A stretch of DNA of 64,000 bases from an uncultured Methanoregulaceae archaeon (lineage in GTDB: Archaea > Halobacteriota > Methanomicrobia > Methanomicrobiales > Methanospirillaceae). The stretch is from the NCBI GenBank assembly GCA_963841015.1, contig CAWJAX010000003.1, forward strand, positions 160,001-224,000, in the 5' to 3' direction. The translations under genes and the position numbers were made by a program. Positions 30,011-40,747 of this stretch are shown here, piece by piece. Positions within the stretch are counted from its first letter, which is position 1, and each line of letters begins with the position of its first letter. The notes beneath the pieces were generated by a model. The model made no database searches, was not told the origin of the DNA, and saw nothing but the letters and a program-made list of their open reading frames with translations.

Positions 30011-31759
30011 GTGAAACAAGGTTCTGAGGATGTTTTTGAGAAGGTGATGGATCTTGCAAAACGCCGTGGATTTATCTGGCCGACTTCGGAATGCTATGGT
30101 GCTGTGGCCGGATTCATCGATTACGGTCCTCTCGGCGCGATGATGAAGCGGCGGGTTGAGGATATCTGGCGGGATTTCTATGTTATCCAGGAAGGATACT
30201 ATGAGATCGAGTGCCCGACGATTGCACAGGAAGCCGTTTTTATCGCTTCCGGGCATGTTGCAGGATTTGCTGATAAGATGTGCCAGTGCCCGCACTGCAG
30301 GGAATTTTTGAGAGCAGATCATGTTGCTGAAGCCGGGGGGGTGAAGCACTCCTCTGTTATGCAGAATGAGGAACTCTCGCTTGAACTTGCCAGCTGCAGA
30401 TGCCTCGCATGCGATGAGGTGCTGGGTAAGGTTGAAGTCTTTCAGTTTAACCTGATGTTCAGAACAAGCATCGGACCTGGCTCACAGCGTACCGGGTACC
30501 TCCGCCCCGAGACCGCACAGGGGATGTTTGTTGATTTCACCCGGCTGCTCCGTTTCTACCGGGACAAGCTTCCGTTCGGTGCTGTCCAGATAGGAAAGTC
30601 CTACCGGAACGAGATATCACCCCGTCAGGGTATGATCAGGCTCCGCGAATTCACCCAGGCAGAAGCCGAGATCTTTGTCAACCCATCCTGCAAGGACTGT
30701 CACCCGATGTTCCGACGCTATGCTGACTACATGATGCCCCTCCTCACTTATACCAGGCAGGAGATGTGCGAACCGCCGGTTTTGATGTCGATGCGGGAGG
30801 CCGTGGATAAGGGAGTTATCGCCAACGAATATGTCGCATATTACGTAGCTCTTACCCACGAACTCCTTGTACGGGTAGGTATAAAACCCGACCGGCTCCG
30901 GTTCCGGCAGCACCTTCCTGATGAACGGGCTCATTACGCGACCGATTGCTGGGACGCGGAGGTATTTTCCGGGCGGTTCGGCTGGGTCGAGACGGTAGGA
31001 ATTGCAGACCGGACTGACTATGACCTGACAGCTCACGGTACAGCGAGCGGTACTCCGATGACGGTTTTCATCCAGTATGGCGAACCAAAGAAAGTCCCGC
31101 GCCGGCGCATCATCCCGAATATGAGCGTGCTTGGCAAGCAGTACCGCACAAAGGCCAAAGCAGTTTTTTCAGCTCTCGAAACGGCAACCCCTGCTCTGAC
31201 AGGGGCTGATGTTGAGGTGGACGGGGAGATGATCCACATCCCTCCCGATCTCTTTGAGGTCCGTGATGAGATTATAGATGTACGGGGTGAGGACATCGTG
31301 CCACACGTCATCGAGCCGTCCTATGGTATCGACCGTATGTGCTATGCAGTGCTTGAACAGGCTTATGACGAAGACACCGCGGACGGTGAAACCCGGGTCG
31401 TGTTGCGGCTCGTGCCGCAGGTCGCACCGGTTCAGGTCGCAGTCTTCCCGCTCATGACCCGCGACGATCTCGACACAATAGCAGGAGAAATCACCCGGAC
31501 CCTCCACAAATCCGGCATCCTCGCCGAGTATGACGACAGCGGAGCGATTGGGCGCCGGTACCGGCGTCAGGACGAGATCGGTACACCATTTGCGATTACC
31601 GTTGATTATGAGACCAAAGAGAATAATTCCGTCACACTCCGGGACCGGGACACTATGAAACAGGTCCGTATACCGATCACAGAATTACCAGAGACAATCG
31701 GGGCGCTTGTTGCGGGGAGCATTACGTTCACATCCATTAAGTTTAACGAAATCCTATGA
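30011..31759 (+). CDS. glyS: glycyl-tRNA synthetase (alpha2 type)
   Basis: DYGPLG, LRPETAQG, RNEISPRQGMIRLREFTQAE, HVIEPSYG, IGRRYRRQDEIG. Confidence 0.97.
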   Translation: MKQGSEDVFEKVMDLAKRRGFIWPTSECYGAVAGFIDYGPLGAMMKRRVEDIWRDFYVIQEGYYEIECPTIAQEAVFIASGHVAGFADKMCQCPHCREFLRADHVAEAGGVKHSSVMQNEELSLELASCRCLACDEVLGKVEVFQFNLMFRTSIGPGSQRTGYLRPETAQGMFVDFTRLLRFYRDKLPFGAVQIGKSYRNEISPRQGMIRLREFTQAEAEIFVNPSCKDCHPMFRRYADYMMPLLTYTRQEMCEPPVLMSMREAVDKGVIANEYVAYYVALTHELLVRVGIKPDRLRFRQHLPDERAHYATDCWDAEVFSGRFGWVETVGIADRTDYDLTAHGTASGTPMTVFIQYGEPKKVPRRRIIPNMSVLGKQYRTKAKAVFSALETATPALTGADVEVDGEMIHIPPDLFEVRDEIIDVRGEDIVPHVIEPSYGIDRMCYAVLEQAYDEDTADGETRVVLRLVPQVAPVQVAVFPLMTRDDLDTIAGEITRTLHKSGILAEYDDSGAIGRRYRRQDEIGTPFAITVDYETKENNSVTLRDRDTMKQVRIPITELPETIGALVAGSITFTSIKFNEIL

Positions 31760-33993
31760 AATTTATCAGTCATCCTCTAATCAAGCCCGATACTATCGAG
31801 TCAAGGGAGTACCAGCTTTCGATAGCGATGCGGGCTCTGGATGCAAATACGATGGTAATTCTCCCGACCGGTCTTGGCAAGACCGCTGTAGCGTTGCTCG
31901 TTGCGGCGTCGCGGCTTTATAATGAGGGCGGGCGGGTGCTTATGCTGGCCCCGACAAAACCGCTCGTCGAACAACACCTCCGTTTTTTTGAGCGTTATCT
32001 TCTCGCTAAAAGCCTTGGGGGTTCAGAATTATCACCCTTTGTTATGTTCACCGGTGATGCCCCCCCTGGCGATCGCACTGAAGACTGGAACCGTGCAACG
32101 GTAATTCTGGCAACACCCCAGGTTGTAAAAAATGACCTTATTGCAGGACGCTACACGCTGAAAGATGTATCACTCCTTATTGTTGACGAATGCCACCGTG
32201 CAGTAGGCAACTACGCTTACGTATTTCTCGCACAACGATACCTTGCTAATGCTGATAAACCACGTATTCTTGCGATGACTGCATCACCGGGAGGTATGCA
32301 GGAAAAGGTGCAGGAGGTTTGTTCAAATCTGGGCATCTCCCAGATTGAGAACCGGACAGAACATGATCCCGATGTCCGCCCCTACGTATTCGAGCGGGAT
32401 CTCGAATACATCAGTATCGATCTCCCCCCCGATCTCAAAGCTGCAATCGCGGTTATCAACGCACTTATCGAAGAGCGTCTGGCACTTCTCGCATCCCTTC
32501 ACTTCACCGTGCCAAAACGCGAAAAACTCACCATGAAAGCGTTGAATGAGATCAATGCGCAAATCCAGCAGCGTATCGCAAACCGTGATCCTGTAGCATA
32601 TTCAGCAGCTTCGGTGTATGCTGCTTGTATGAAACTCAGACATGCAATTACTCTTGCTGAGTCCCAGGGAAGCGAAGTGCTGAAAGGATATCTTGCAAAG
32701 CTGGTCGCTGAAGGCACAGGTTCCGGCGGCAGCAAAGCAAGCCAGGGTCTGGTTAAAGACCAATCCTTCCGAGATCTTTTCGAGCGTTCGCTTACGTGGA
32801 AACAGGAACTCCATCCAAAACCTGAGATAACCCTGCATCTGGTACGAGAACAGCTGGATGAACATCCGGATAGTCGGATCATTATTTTTGCTACCTATCG
32901 GGATACCGTGCAACTCCTCGTGGAGTATCTCATGAAAAATAATATCCCCTGCGAACGGTTTGTGGGGCAGGCAACAAAAGACTCTGAAAAAGGGCTCTCA
33001 CAAAAAAAACAAATCGCAGCGCTCACCCGGTTCCGTGAAGGTGAGTTTAAGGTGTTGATCGCTACTTCTGTGGGAGAAGAGGGTCTTGATGTACCTTCCA
33101 CGGATATGGTTATTTTTTATGAAGCCGTGCCATCAGAAATCCGATCCATCCAGCGCAGGGGCAGAACAGGCAGGTCGCGAGCTGGCAGGGTGGTTGTTCT
33201 TGTAACTAAGGGGACGTCGGATGAAGTGTTCCGGCATGTCAGCCAGGCAAAAGAATCAACTATGCATAAGAGCATGAAAGTTATGGGTAGCAGGAACTTC
33301 CCCCTGCAAACGTCTGTTTTTGTAGAACAGGCAAGTATCGATGAGTTCACCGTTCAGGGACCAAGGATTAGCATTGACGACCGCGAGACCTCATCAAAAG
33401 TTGTTGAGATCCTCTCAGGACTTGGAGCCGCAATTCATCTAAAACGACTTCCCCATGGCGACTATGCTATTGGTGACCGCATTTTAATCGAGCGTAAAAC
33501 AGCCCGGGATTTTGTTGATACATTGATCAACCGGGATTTACTCGGCCAGATTAAAACCATGGCCGAGAGTGTCCCTCGCCCGGTCCTGATCATTGAAGGG
33601 GGAGATCTGTACAGCCAGCGTGATATCCATCCAAATGCCATCAAGGGAGTGCTGGCAGCCCTTGCCATCGACATGGGGGTTTCACTTTTATTTACCCGAG
33701 ATGAACAGGATACTGCACAAATGCTTTTTATCATCGCAAAACGCGAAGATAGTGAGCGTGGTGAGCGGAAGATCCACTCTCATAAATCACACCACTCAGT
33801 CCGTGAAAACCTGGAGCACATTATTTCTGCATTCCCTGAGATCGGAATGAAAAACGCACGCCTTCTTCTCTCTCACTTTGGATCAGTGCAGGCAATCGTT
33901 AATGCTGAATTCCGGGAATTAACTTCAATAAAAGGAATAGGGCAGAAGACTGCACAGAAGATCTATGATCTCTGCCGCCATCCCTATAACTGA
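31756..33993 (+). CDS. hef: Hef helicase-nuclease (SF2 helicase, ERCC4 nuclease, HhH)
   Basis: PTGLGKT, DECH, TASPG, QRRGRTGR, GDY...IERKT, HhH motifs. Confidence 0.93.
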   Translation: MKFISHPLIKPDTIESREYQLSIAMRALDANTMVILPTGLGKTAVALLVAASRLYNEGGRVLMLAPTKPLVEQHLRFFERYLLAKSLGGSELSPFVMFTGDAPPGDRTEDWNRATVILATPQVVKNDLIAGRYTLKDVSLLIVDECHRAVGNYAYVFLAQRYLANADKPRILAMTASPGGMQEKVQEVCSNLGISQIENRTEHDPDVRPYVFERDLEYISIDLPPDLKAAIAVINALIEERLALLASLHFTVPKREKLTMKALNEINAQIQQRIANRDPVAYSAASVYAACMKLRHAITLAESQGSEVLKGYLAKLVAEGTGSGGSKASQGLVKDQSFRDLFERSLTWKQELHPKPEITLHLVREQLDEHPDSRIIIFATYRDTVQLLVEYLMKNNIPCERFVGQATKDSEKGLSQKKQIAALTRFREGEFKVLIATSVGEEGLDVPSTDMVIFYEAVPSEIRSIQRRGRTGRSRAGRVVVLVTKGTSDEVFRHVSQAKESTMHKSMKVMGSRNFPLQTSVFVEQASIDEFTVQGPRISIDDRETSSKVVEILSGLGAAIHLKRLPHGDYAIGDRILIERKTARDFVDTLINRDLLGQIKTMAESVPRPVLIIEGGDLYSQRDIHPNAIKGVLAALAIDMGVSLLFTRDEQDTAQMLFIIAKREDSERGERKIHSHKSHHSVRENLEHIISAFPEIGMKNARLLLSHFGSVQAIVNAEFRELTSIKGIGQKTAQKIYDLCRHPYN

Positions 33994-34370
33994 CACAGTA
34001 TTTTGAGCGCTTCGGTTCCTGCCTTCACTGCGTTCATCAGGGCAAGCACATTATCCGGATCTTTTTCGTTTTGTATGCGCTCACAGAGCGAGACGATGGT
34101 CATTGCAAGTTCATCGGTAAGCAATCCACCTTCGCACGACTCTTCATGGTGTTCACCGCAGCTGCATTCGTTACTATGTTGTTGACGTTCCCGGGCAGCC
34201 GGTGCGGTGCCGGGTTTTTCCCCTTGGGCTTTTTCTGCACAGACCACACACAGTGTTTTGCCTTTCACTTCAAAGAGCGGGCATCCACAGGTTTTACAGG
34301 ACTTCTCGAGCATTTTCCCTCCTTTAAGGAGGTGCTCTGCCATGATTTCGTCTTCCTTACGTACCGGCAC
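33984..34370 (-). CDS. UPF0148 / autoantigen p27 zinc-ribbon protein
   Basis: MAEHLLKGGKML..SCKTCGCPLF......CVVC. Confidence 0.85.
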   Translation of the reverse strand: MPVRKEDEIMAEHLLKGGKMLEKSCKTCGCPLFEVKGKTLCVVCAEKAQGEKPGTAPAARERQQHSNECSCGEHHEESCEGGLLTDELAMTIVSLCERIQNEKDPDNVLALMNAVKAGTEALKILCQL

Positions 34371-34450
34371 ACAATCACCGTCGACTCAATATTTAACCTA
34401 TATATGTCGGTTCTACGTATTAACTACAGGTACACTGGTTAGGAGATACC

Positions 34451-34714
34451 ATGCCCAACCCTGAAAAAACTCTGGAAAACTGTATACTGATGCTGCAGCG
34501 CATTCAGGAAGACAGCTCAATACCCCGAAATATCCGGCGTGTGGCTGATGAAACCCGGACGCTGCTTACAAATAATTCCAAGGCAATGGGACTGCGCGCT
34601 GCGGAAGCAATTTCAAAGATTGATGAAATTTCCAATGATCCCAACATGCCGATCCATGCCCGGACAAGGATCTGGGAGCTGGTGTCGCAACTGGAGACAA
34701 TCCCTCTTGACTGA
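34451..34714 (+). CDS. UPF0147 family protein
   Basis: [23 protein letters not shown]. Confidence 0.9.
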   Translation: MPNPEKTLENCILMLQRIQEDSSIPRNIRRVADETRTLLTNNSKAMGLRAAEAISKIDEISNDPNMPIHARTRIWELVSQLETIPLD

Positions 34715-35682
34715 CACATTATTGTAAAAAAAATTGGGTTCATTATCAAAAAATTTACGAGCAGATACAAAAATCGAAAATTGGCTTTGTAGAATTCCTC
34801 AATGAGAATTAGGAATGACAAAGATGAAATCATTCTTGAAATGTTGTAGAGTATAACTTTCATTTTGATCTCCTTGATTTGGGATCTATATTTGCGAGCT
34901 TTGAGAGATTCACCGAACTTTCTTTTCATGACAGAGAATACCGTTTCGATCTTGTTTCTCTGATGATATTTTTGATTATCGAATAAGCGAGCGATCCGTT
35001 TTCGGTAATAACCGGAGATACGTTTCCGTTTTCGGTTTCTGACGGGAATGAGGGAGCATGAGTTGAGGGTATCTTGGATTAATTCATGGATCTCTTCTGA
35101 ATCGTATCCTTTATCCATGACATAGAGCTCAGACGGTCTGGTCCTGTGACATTGTTTGAGGAGTTTTTCAGCATGAGGAATATCATGGACGGGGTGTTGG
35201 GAGATCTTCAGACCGGTAATGATTTGTTGATCCGTGTCAACCGAGATCGAAGTTTTCAGGAATCGTTTTCTGGTTTTTCCGGTTCTCCAGGAATAATAAT
35301 GACTGGCGTACGAACTGGTGAATCCGGATGAGTCGATAGCGGTACAGGGTATCCTCTCTCCCCAGTCATAGAACATTTTCATGAGTCTGTTCAGTAACCG
35401 GGTAAATGTGGAGGACCGGATCCGTTGACAGAACTTGTGAATCGTCGTGAAATGCGGTACTTCATCGAGATGGATCTTTTCCCGAAGTGAGTCCATAATT
35501 TCAGTAAGTTCGACGGTGTCCCGGTAATCTTCAGACAGGTATTCTTTCAGGAGAGGGAGAATGAGCAACTGGTGCTGGGTATAGATCTTTTTGGAATATT
35601 TTGAAGAGTACAGTGGAATTCGGCAATCTCGGATCAAACCAGAAGATAATTCAACAAACCTGATATACCGGTTTGTCGACAT
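34504..35682 (-). CDS. IS5-family DDE transposase; reads through the IS end into flanking DNA
   Basis: [34 protein letters not shown]. Confidence 0.92.
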   Translation of the reverse strand: MSTNRYIRFVELSSGLIRDCRIPLYSSKYSKKIYTQHQLLILPLLKEYLSEDYRDTVELTEIMDSLREKIHLDEVPHFTTIHKFCQRIRSSTFTRLLNRLMKMFYDWGERIPCTAIDSSGFTSSYASHYYSWRTGKTRKRFLKTSISVDTDQQIITGLKISQHPVHDIPHAEKLLKQCHRTRPSELYVMDKGYDSEEIHELIQDTLNSCSLIPVRNRKRKRISGYYRKRIARLFDNQKYHQRNKIETVFSVMKRKFGESLKARKYRSQIKEIKMKVILYNISRMISSLSFLILIEEFYKANFRFLYLLVNFLIMNPIFFTIMCQSRGIVSSCDTSSQILVRAWIGMLGSLEISSIFEIASAARSPIALELFVSSVRVSSATRRIFRGIELSS

Positions 35683-35789
35683 TATCTTGCCTCCTTATGG
35701 TTACTGAACATAACAAGGTAAGGAGGCGCCGTACCTTAGCTTTTGTGGTCAGCTTTTTACTTCTGTGAACTTAGCATTTCTACAGAGCC
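34783..35789 (-). mobile_element. IS5-family insertion sequence, 1007 bp
   Basis: Terminal IRs GGCTTTGTAGAA (from 34783) and TTCTACAGAGCC (ends 35789); 8-bp target duplication CGAAAATT at 34775-34782 and 35790-35797. Confidence 0.92.
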
Positions 35790-35991
35790 CGAAAATTATC
35801 CGTTTTAATTCCGATTTCATATCTTACCGGCATGCCCGGAGTTTTTTCAGGTCTGGTTTCCTGAAGCTGTCAAAGGGATATGAAAAAAACCAACGGTATT
35901 TCACCCTCTTTTGTTGTATATGATACTGCAATCTGAGCGCTTCTTTTAAAAAAAACGGAACATCCAATCGGTTGATAATAAAACCATCACA

Positions 35992-37773
35992 TCATGGATG
36001 GTTGGCGGTTCTTGAAAACCGGTACACTCCTTTGGGTACATTCATTTCAAAGCGGGCACCATGCTGGAATTCCCCTGCTTCTTTAATAGAGATATTTGTT
36101 ATGGAAAGGATTTCCCGGGATAGAAATAATCCGAGCCCCGTATTCTTACCAAACCCTCGCTCGAAGATCATTTCCTTGTCATGTACCGGAATGCCAATGC
36201 CATCATCTTCAATACGGATCAAAAGGCCATCGGATAACTCCTCTGAAAACAGCCGGACTACAGACACCCGGTCACCATGCTCTACCGCATTCTCCACAAT
36301 GTTGTAAAATACTCGTTCGAGCAGGGGATCGGCAAATATCTCCAATCCATCAGCAGGAGCCTCAAACCGTATTTTTCTTATGTCAATGTGGATGCAGACC
36401 CTGTAGAACAAATCAGTCACATTCTGCCATTTGGGTTCTACGACCCCAAGATCCTGGTAGAGTTTGGTAAATTCTATGTTCTCCGTTATCATCTTTACTG
36501 CAGTTTTCAGCTTGGTAAGATACATGGAGTGTTGGGGTTCCGGGGGGTGATCCGTGAACAGTTCAAGGTATCCGCCAAGAACCGTCAGTTTATTCCGGAT
36601 ATCATGCCGGGTGATCTCAGCAAGGAGGTTGAGTTTTTTATTGGCGAGTTGAAGGGCATCATGTGCTTTTTTAATATCAGAAATATCATGGAATATCCCC
36701 ATCATGCACCTTCTTCCACCCAGGTTGAGTATTGCAGCGCTGACAATAACCGGGATAAGGTCCCCATTCTGGTCTACAACAACCTCCTCCTGCAATCCCA
36801 TCCCTTCCCGGGCATGTTTTTTGAAATATGCACGATATCTTTCCTCTTCCTCTTTTGGATGAAGCTGGCTTTCGTGCATGGTCTGGATTTCAGCAAGTGT
36901 CCTTCCAATCAGCGCCTGTGTTTTATTATTTGCATCGAGAAGCATGCCGGTTTCTGCGTCTGCAATAAAAATTGCATCATTTGCGTAATCCATGAGCCCC
37001 TTGTTCTTTTCATAGGCAGATTTCAGTTCGTCTTCCGCGTGTTTCCGGTCCGTGATATCCCGCACGAATGCAAAAACATATGCCTGAGGCCCAAATTCGA
37101 TATAATTGAGAAGAATTTCCACCGGGATAAGTGAGCCATCTTTTTTCCGGTGGGTGTCCTGAACAGTGAGATATTTCCGCTTGCTTATCCCGGGCCAGAG
37201 AGAACCTAAATGGTTGTCGATAAACCGTGGATTGATATCCTGTATGGTGAGCAGGGAAAATTCTTCCCGGGAATATCCAAGCATTGAACAAATTGTATCG
37301 TTAAAAAAAGTAATTCCCCCGTATTCATTGATCCAGAGAATTCCTTCAGCCGCATTACTGACGGTGGCCTTCATCATGCGAAGTTCCTCCTCGGCCTTTT
37401 TCCTCCTGAATGCCTGGCGTATCTTATGACTTAGTTCGCTGAACTGGGCCCGGGGATCCCCTCCTTTCTGGAGATAAAAGTCAGCACCGTTTTCGATTGC
37501 TTCAATAACGACTTCCTCACGTCCCTTCCCGGTAAAAAGGATGAACGGGATCTCTTTGAACTCCGTCCGCACCTGTTTGAGAAATTCTATTCCATCCATT
37601 CCCGGCATCTGATAATCAGAGACAATTGCATCAATCGTCCCTTTGTTAAGGATTTGTAACCCTTCCTTAGCGGAAGTGACGGTAGCAACTGAGAAATCCC
37701 CCTCCCTCTCTAAAAAAAGTTTGCAGAGGTCGAGCAGATCAGGCTCGTCATCTACGTAAAGGAGGGAAATCAT
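35992..37773 (-). CDS. hybrid sensor histidine kinase REC-PAS-PAS-HK
   Basis: YVDDE..SDYQMP, TRHDIRN H-box, NIVENA, DDGIG, TGLGL. Confidence 0.92.
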   Translation of the reverse strand: MISLLYVDDEPDLLDLCKLFLEREGDFSVATVTSAKEGLQILNKGTIDAIVSDYQMPGMDGIEFLKQVRTEFKEIPFILFTGKGREEVVIEAIENGADFYLQKGGDPRAQFSELSHKIRQAFRRKKAEEELRMMKATVSNAAEGILWINEYGGITFFNDTICSMLGYSREEFSLLTIQDINPRFIDNHLGSLWPGISKRKYLTVQDTHRKKDGSLIPVEILLNYIEFGPQAYVFAFVRDITDRKHAEDELKSAYEKNKGLMDYANDAIFIADAETGMLLDANNKTQALIGRTLAEIQTMHESQLHPKEEEERYRAYFKKHAREGMGLQEEVVVDQNGDLIPVIVSAAILNLGGRRCMMGIFHDISDIKKAHDALQLANKKLNLLAEITRHDIRNKLTVLGGYLELFTDHPPEPQHSMYLTKLKTAVKMITENIEFTKLYQDLGVVEPKWQNVTDLFYRVCIHIDIRKIRFEAPADGLEIFADPLLERVFYNIVENAVEHGDRVSVVRLFSEELSDGLLIRIEDDGIGIPVHDKEMIFERGFGKNTGLGLFLSREILSITNISIKEAGEFQHGARFEMNVPKGVYRFSRTANHP

Positions 37774-38196
37774 TGATTTTATTATTGTTCCGTCTAGGAT
37801 TTAGTTTTTTGTTCAGACAAGAATAGAAATCAGCGTATAAAACCCAAAACCAGAAAAAATCCCCTGATTTACCATTGTGTATTTGGATTCATGCAGTGCA
37901 TTGTAACGTTCACGGTAATTTCGTGTGATTGACATGAATATCTCATTAGTATGACAAAGCCAACAAAATCATGACGTGAAAGGTCGGAGCACAAGGATTC
38001 GGGAGGTAGTCTGTTTCCTGCTGATGAACTGCACTTATCCTTCATCAAAGATCAACACCGGGGTCGCTTATCAGTTATTCTTATCTGAATCTGGGGTTAC
38101 ATTCTTTTCATTTCAGGCACAGAGCGATCCCTTCAAAAAGGTGTTAAGGTTTTAAAAATGTCTTCATTTCTTTGGGGTTCAGCAGTGTTCGGTTTA

Positions 38197-40575
38197 TCAG
38201 CGTTGGAACCCGTCAGTCGGAACAATAATTTCAAACCGTGCACCCTTTTTATACTCCCCGCTCTCCCCGATCGTTATGCCAGTACTTTCAAGGATCTTCT
38301 GAGCCAGAAAGAGGCCGAGGGTTTTTCCATTCCCCGCCCTCCACTCAAAGAGGTGAACTTTGTTTTCCGGCGATATTCCAATTCCATTATCAGCGACCGT
38401 TATGATGAGGTCTGTTGTGGAGTAATGGAAAGATACATCGATACGGGTAACTTTCTCTCCATATTTATACGAATAATTAAAGAGATGGTAAAAAACCTTT
38501 TCAAAGAGCGGGTCAGCAAAAACAACAGGACTGTCCTGTTCTATGTTCAGGATAATTGATTCCGTCTCAACTTCGAGAAATGCCCTTCGTATTACTGCTG
38601 ATACATTTTGCCATGTGGGAGTATCGGTTCCAAGATTTTCATATTCTCGGGTGAAGATTATCTGACGTTGTATGGTTTTTGTTGCTGTCTGGGCACGAAC
38701 CAGATGTTTCAGCAGATCAGGTTCCTGGATACCATAGCTTGCAAGTTCAAGAGAGCCGCTGACAACCATCAGCTGATTCAGGATATCATGCCGTATCATA
38801 CTGGAGAACATGTCGAGATTTTTTCTTGCAAGAATCCGGGCACTTTCAGCCCGTTTCCTATCAGAGATGTCGTAAATCAGGCACTGGATAATCTGATGAT
38901 CATTGAGAGAACTGACCTTGCTGATTAATTCAACGTTAATTGTCTTACCGCCCCTGGTAACGAAGGGAATATCTTTGTACTGCATATATCCGGTTTTTTC
39001 CAGTTCTGTAAAGAATTGTTCAGCTGGTATTGCCTCTTTGGAAAATCCTATTTCACCGAGGTTTCTTCCAAGGAGATAATCCAGCGGATACCCTGTGAGC
39101 GTGACAATAAACGGATTTGCGTCGATAATCTTTTTGGTATCAGATTCAAGGATAATGATGCCATGATCTGTAGTATCAAACAAACGATGGAATTTTTCAT
39201 CCTTCTGGTGCAGTTCCCTGACATCATGCATCGATTGAATCGCACCGGAAAGCTGCCCGTTTTTATCAAATAACAGAGAAGCAGTCAGTTCAAAGGTGGT
39301 GGTTTTTCCTTTCAGACGGGGAACCTGTTTTTTTGCTCTGATGCAATTTTGGCTTCGCTGTATTGCCGAGTAGTGGTATGTCTGAAGTTCTGCGTCAGTA
39401 GCAAAAACCAGATCAAGAAGGCCTGGCATTCGTGTTCCGAATATGTGAAAAGAATATTCGTAATTACCCAGACCAAGTACCTTCTCGGCACTGATTTGGG
39501 TAAGTTTCTCCATTGCCTTGTTCCAGACAATGATGGTGCCTTGTGTATCTATGGCAAATGTTGCATCCGGAAGGAAATTGATTATCTCTAAAAGCCGGTG
39601 CTCCGATGTTTCCAGTTCTTCCCTTACCCGTCTTTGATTCTCCTCCTTTTCCATTGTTTTTAACACAAATGAAATATCTTCCGAAATTCCATTCAGTAAT
39701 CGGATCTCGGAATCGATAAAAAAGTTTTTCTCATACGAATAGAGAGTAATCGCCCCTCGTGTTGTTTTTCCCGTGCTTAACGGGAATGCTGCTGCAGATC
39801 GATATCCTTTCCTGAGGGCATCTTCTTCCCACATCTCCATTGTCGGGTAAGACTGGATATCATTGCATATGCTATACTTACCCTTTCTGATTGCAGTGAC
39901 GGTTGGACCCTGTCCATTGGTAATATCATCGGAAGATTCTCTGACTTTGACAAAAAAATTATCCACTATCCCACTTGCAGTGATACGATTAATTCTGTGG
40001 GTGTCAGGATCTTCAAACCCTGCCCAGGCCAAAACAAATCCCGCTTCTTTGACCATTATCTTGCACACTTCCTGCATCAGATGCATCTGGTCATGAATAT
40101 GCACTACTGACTCATTGATCCGCCGAAGTATCGCATCTACCCGGTTGAGACGTGCAATCTTCTGTTCGCTTTCCCGGAATTCGATAGCACGTTTTACCTT
40201 ATGGGACAACTCACCAAACTGGGATTTTGGATCTCTGCCTTTTTTTATATAATCTTCAGCACCATGGCCGAGGCCTTCAATGAAGATTTCTTCCCGGTCT
40301 TTCCCACTAAAAATAATTACGGGGAGTCTGGGGAAGTTTTCCCGGACAATTTTTTGAAGATGAATACTGTCAATGTCCGGCATCACATGATCAGATATGA
40401 TCGCATCAAATTGACTGCTCTTTAACCGTTCAAGGCCTTCGGCGGTAGTGTAGGCAATTTCTACCCGAATCGCCATCTCACGTTCAAAAAAACGCCTGCC
40501 CGAATCCAGAAGGACCGGGTCACTATCAATATACAGGACCGATATCACCGCAACCCACTTCAGCAGACTATCCAA
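38197..40575 (-). CDS. REC-GAF-PAS-PAS histidine kinase-like protein with degenerate N/G2 boxes
   Basis: REC, GAF (GYRSAAAFPL), PAS, IRHDILN, DNGIG; N-box reads HLFNYS. Confidence 0.88.
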   Translation of the reverse strand: MDSLLKWVAVISVLYIDSDPVLLDSGRRFFEREMAIRVEIAYTTAEGLERLKSSQFDAIISDHVMPDIDSIHLQKIVRENFPRLPVIIFSGKDREEIFIEGLGHGAEDYIKKGRDPKSQFGELSHKVKRAIEFRESEQKIARLNRVDAILRRINESVVHIHDQMHLMQEVCKIMVKEAGFVLAWAGFEDPDTHRINRITASGIVDNFFVKVRESSDDITNGQGPTVTAIRKGKYSICNDIQSYPTMEMWEEDALRKGYRSAAAFPLSTGKTTRGAITLYSYEKNFFIDSEIRLLNGISEDISFVLKTMEKEENQRRVREELETSEHRLLEIINFLPDATFAIDTQGTIIVWNKAMEKLTQISAEKVLGLGNYEYSFHIFGTRMPGLLDLVFATDAELQTYHYSAIQRSQNCIRAKKQVPRLKGKTTTFELTASLLFDKNGQLSGAIQSMHDVRELHQKDEKFHRLFDTTDHGIIILESDTKKIIDANPFIVTLTGYPLDYLLGRNLGEIGFSKEAIPAEQFFTELEKTGYMQYKDIPFVTRGGKTINVELISKVSSLNDHQIIQCLIYDISDRKRAESARILARKNLDMFSSMIRHDILNQLMVVSGSLELASYGIQEPDLLKHLVRAQTATKTIQRQIIFTREYENLGTDTPTWQNVSAVIRRAFLEVETESIILNIEQDSPVVFADPLFEKVFYHLFNYSYKYGEKVTRIDVSFHYSTTDLIITVADNGIGISPENKVHLFEWRAGNGKTLGLFLAQKILESTGITIGESGEYKKGARFEIIVPTDGFQR

Positions 40576-40747
40576 TCCGCTCTATTTACATTCTGTAATA
40601 CAGTATTAAATATACCGGTCGTTCTTGTTCATAAACCGAATTATCACGGGTTTTTGTTTGTAAATCGCAGCATTTTCCCAATCTGACGCAATCCCCGGCT
40701 TCCGTATATTTTTATATAATCACAAAAACCTATATGTTCCTGAATTC

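Noticed and set aside
36277-37134. 285-aa + strand ORF
   Set aside because: Antisense shadow of the histidine kinase
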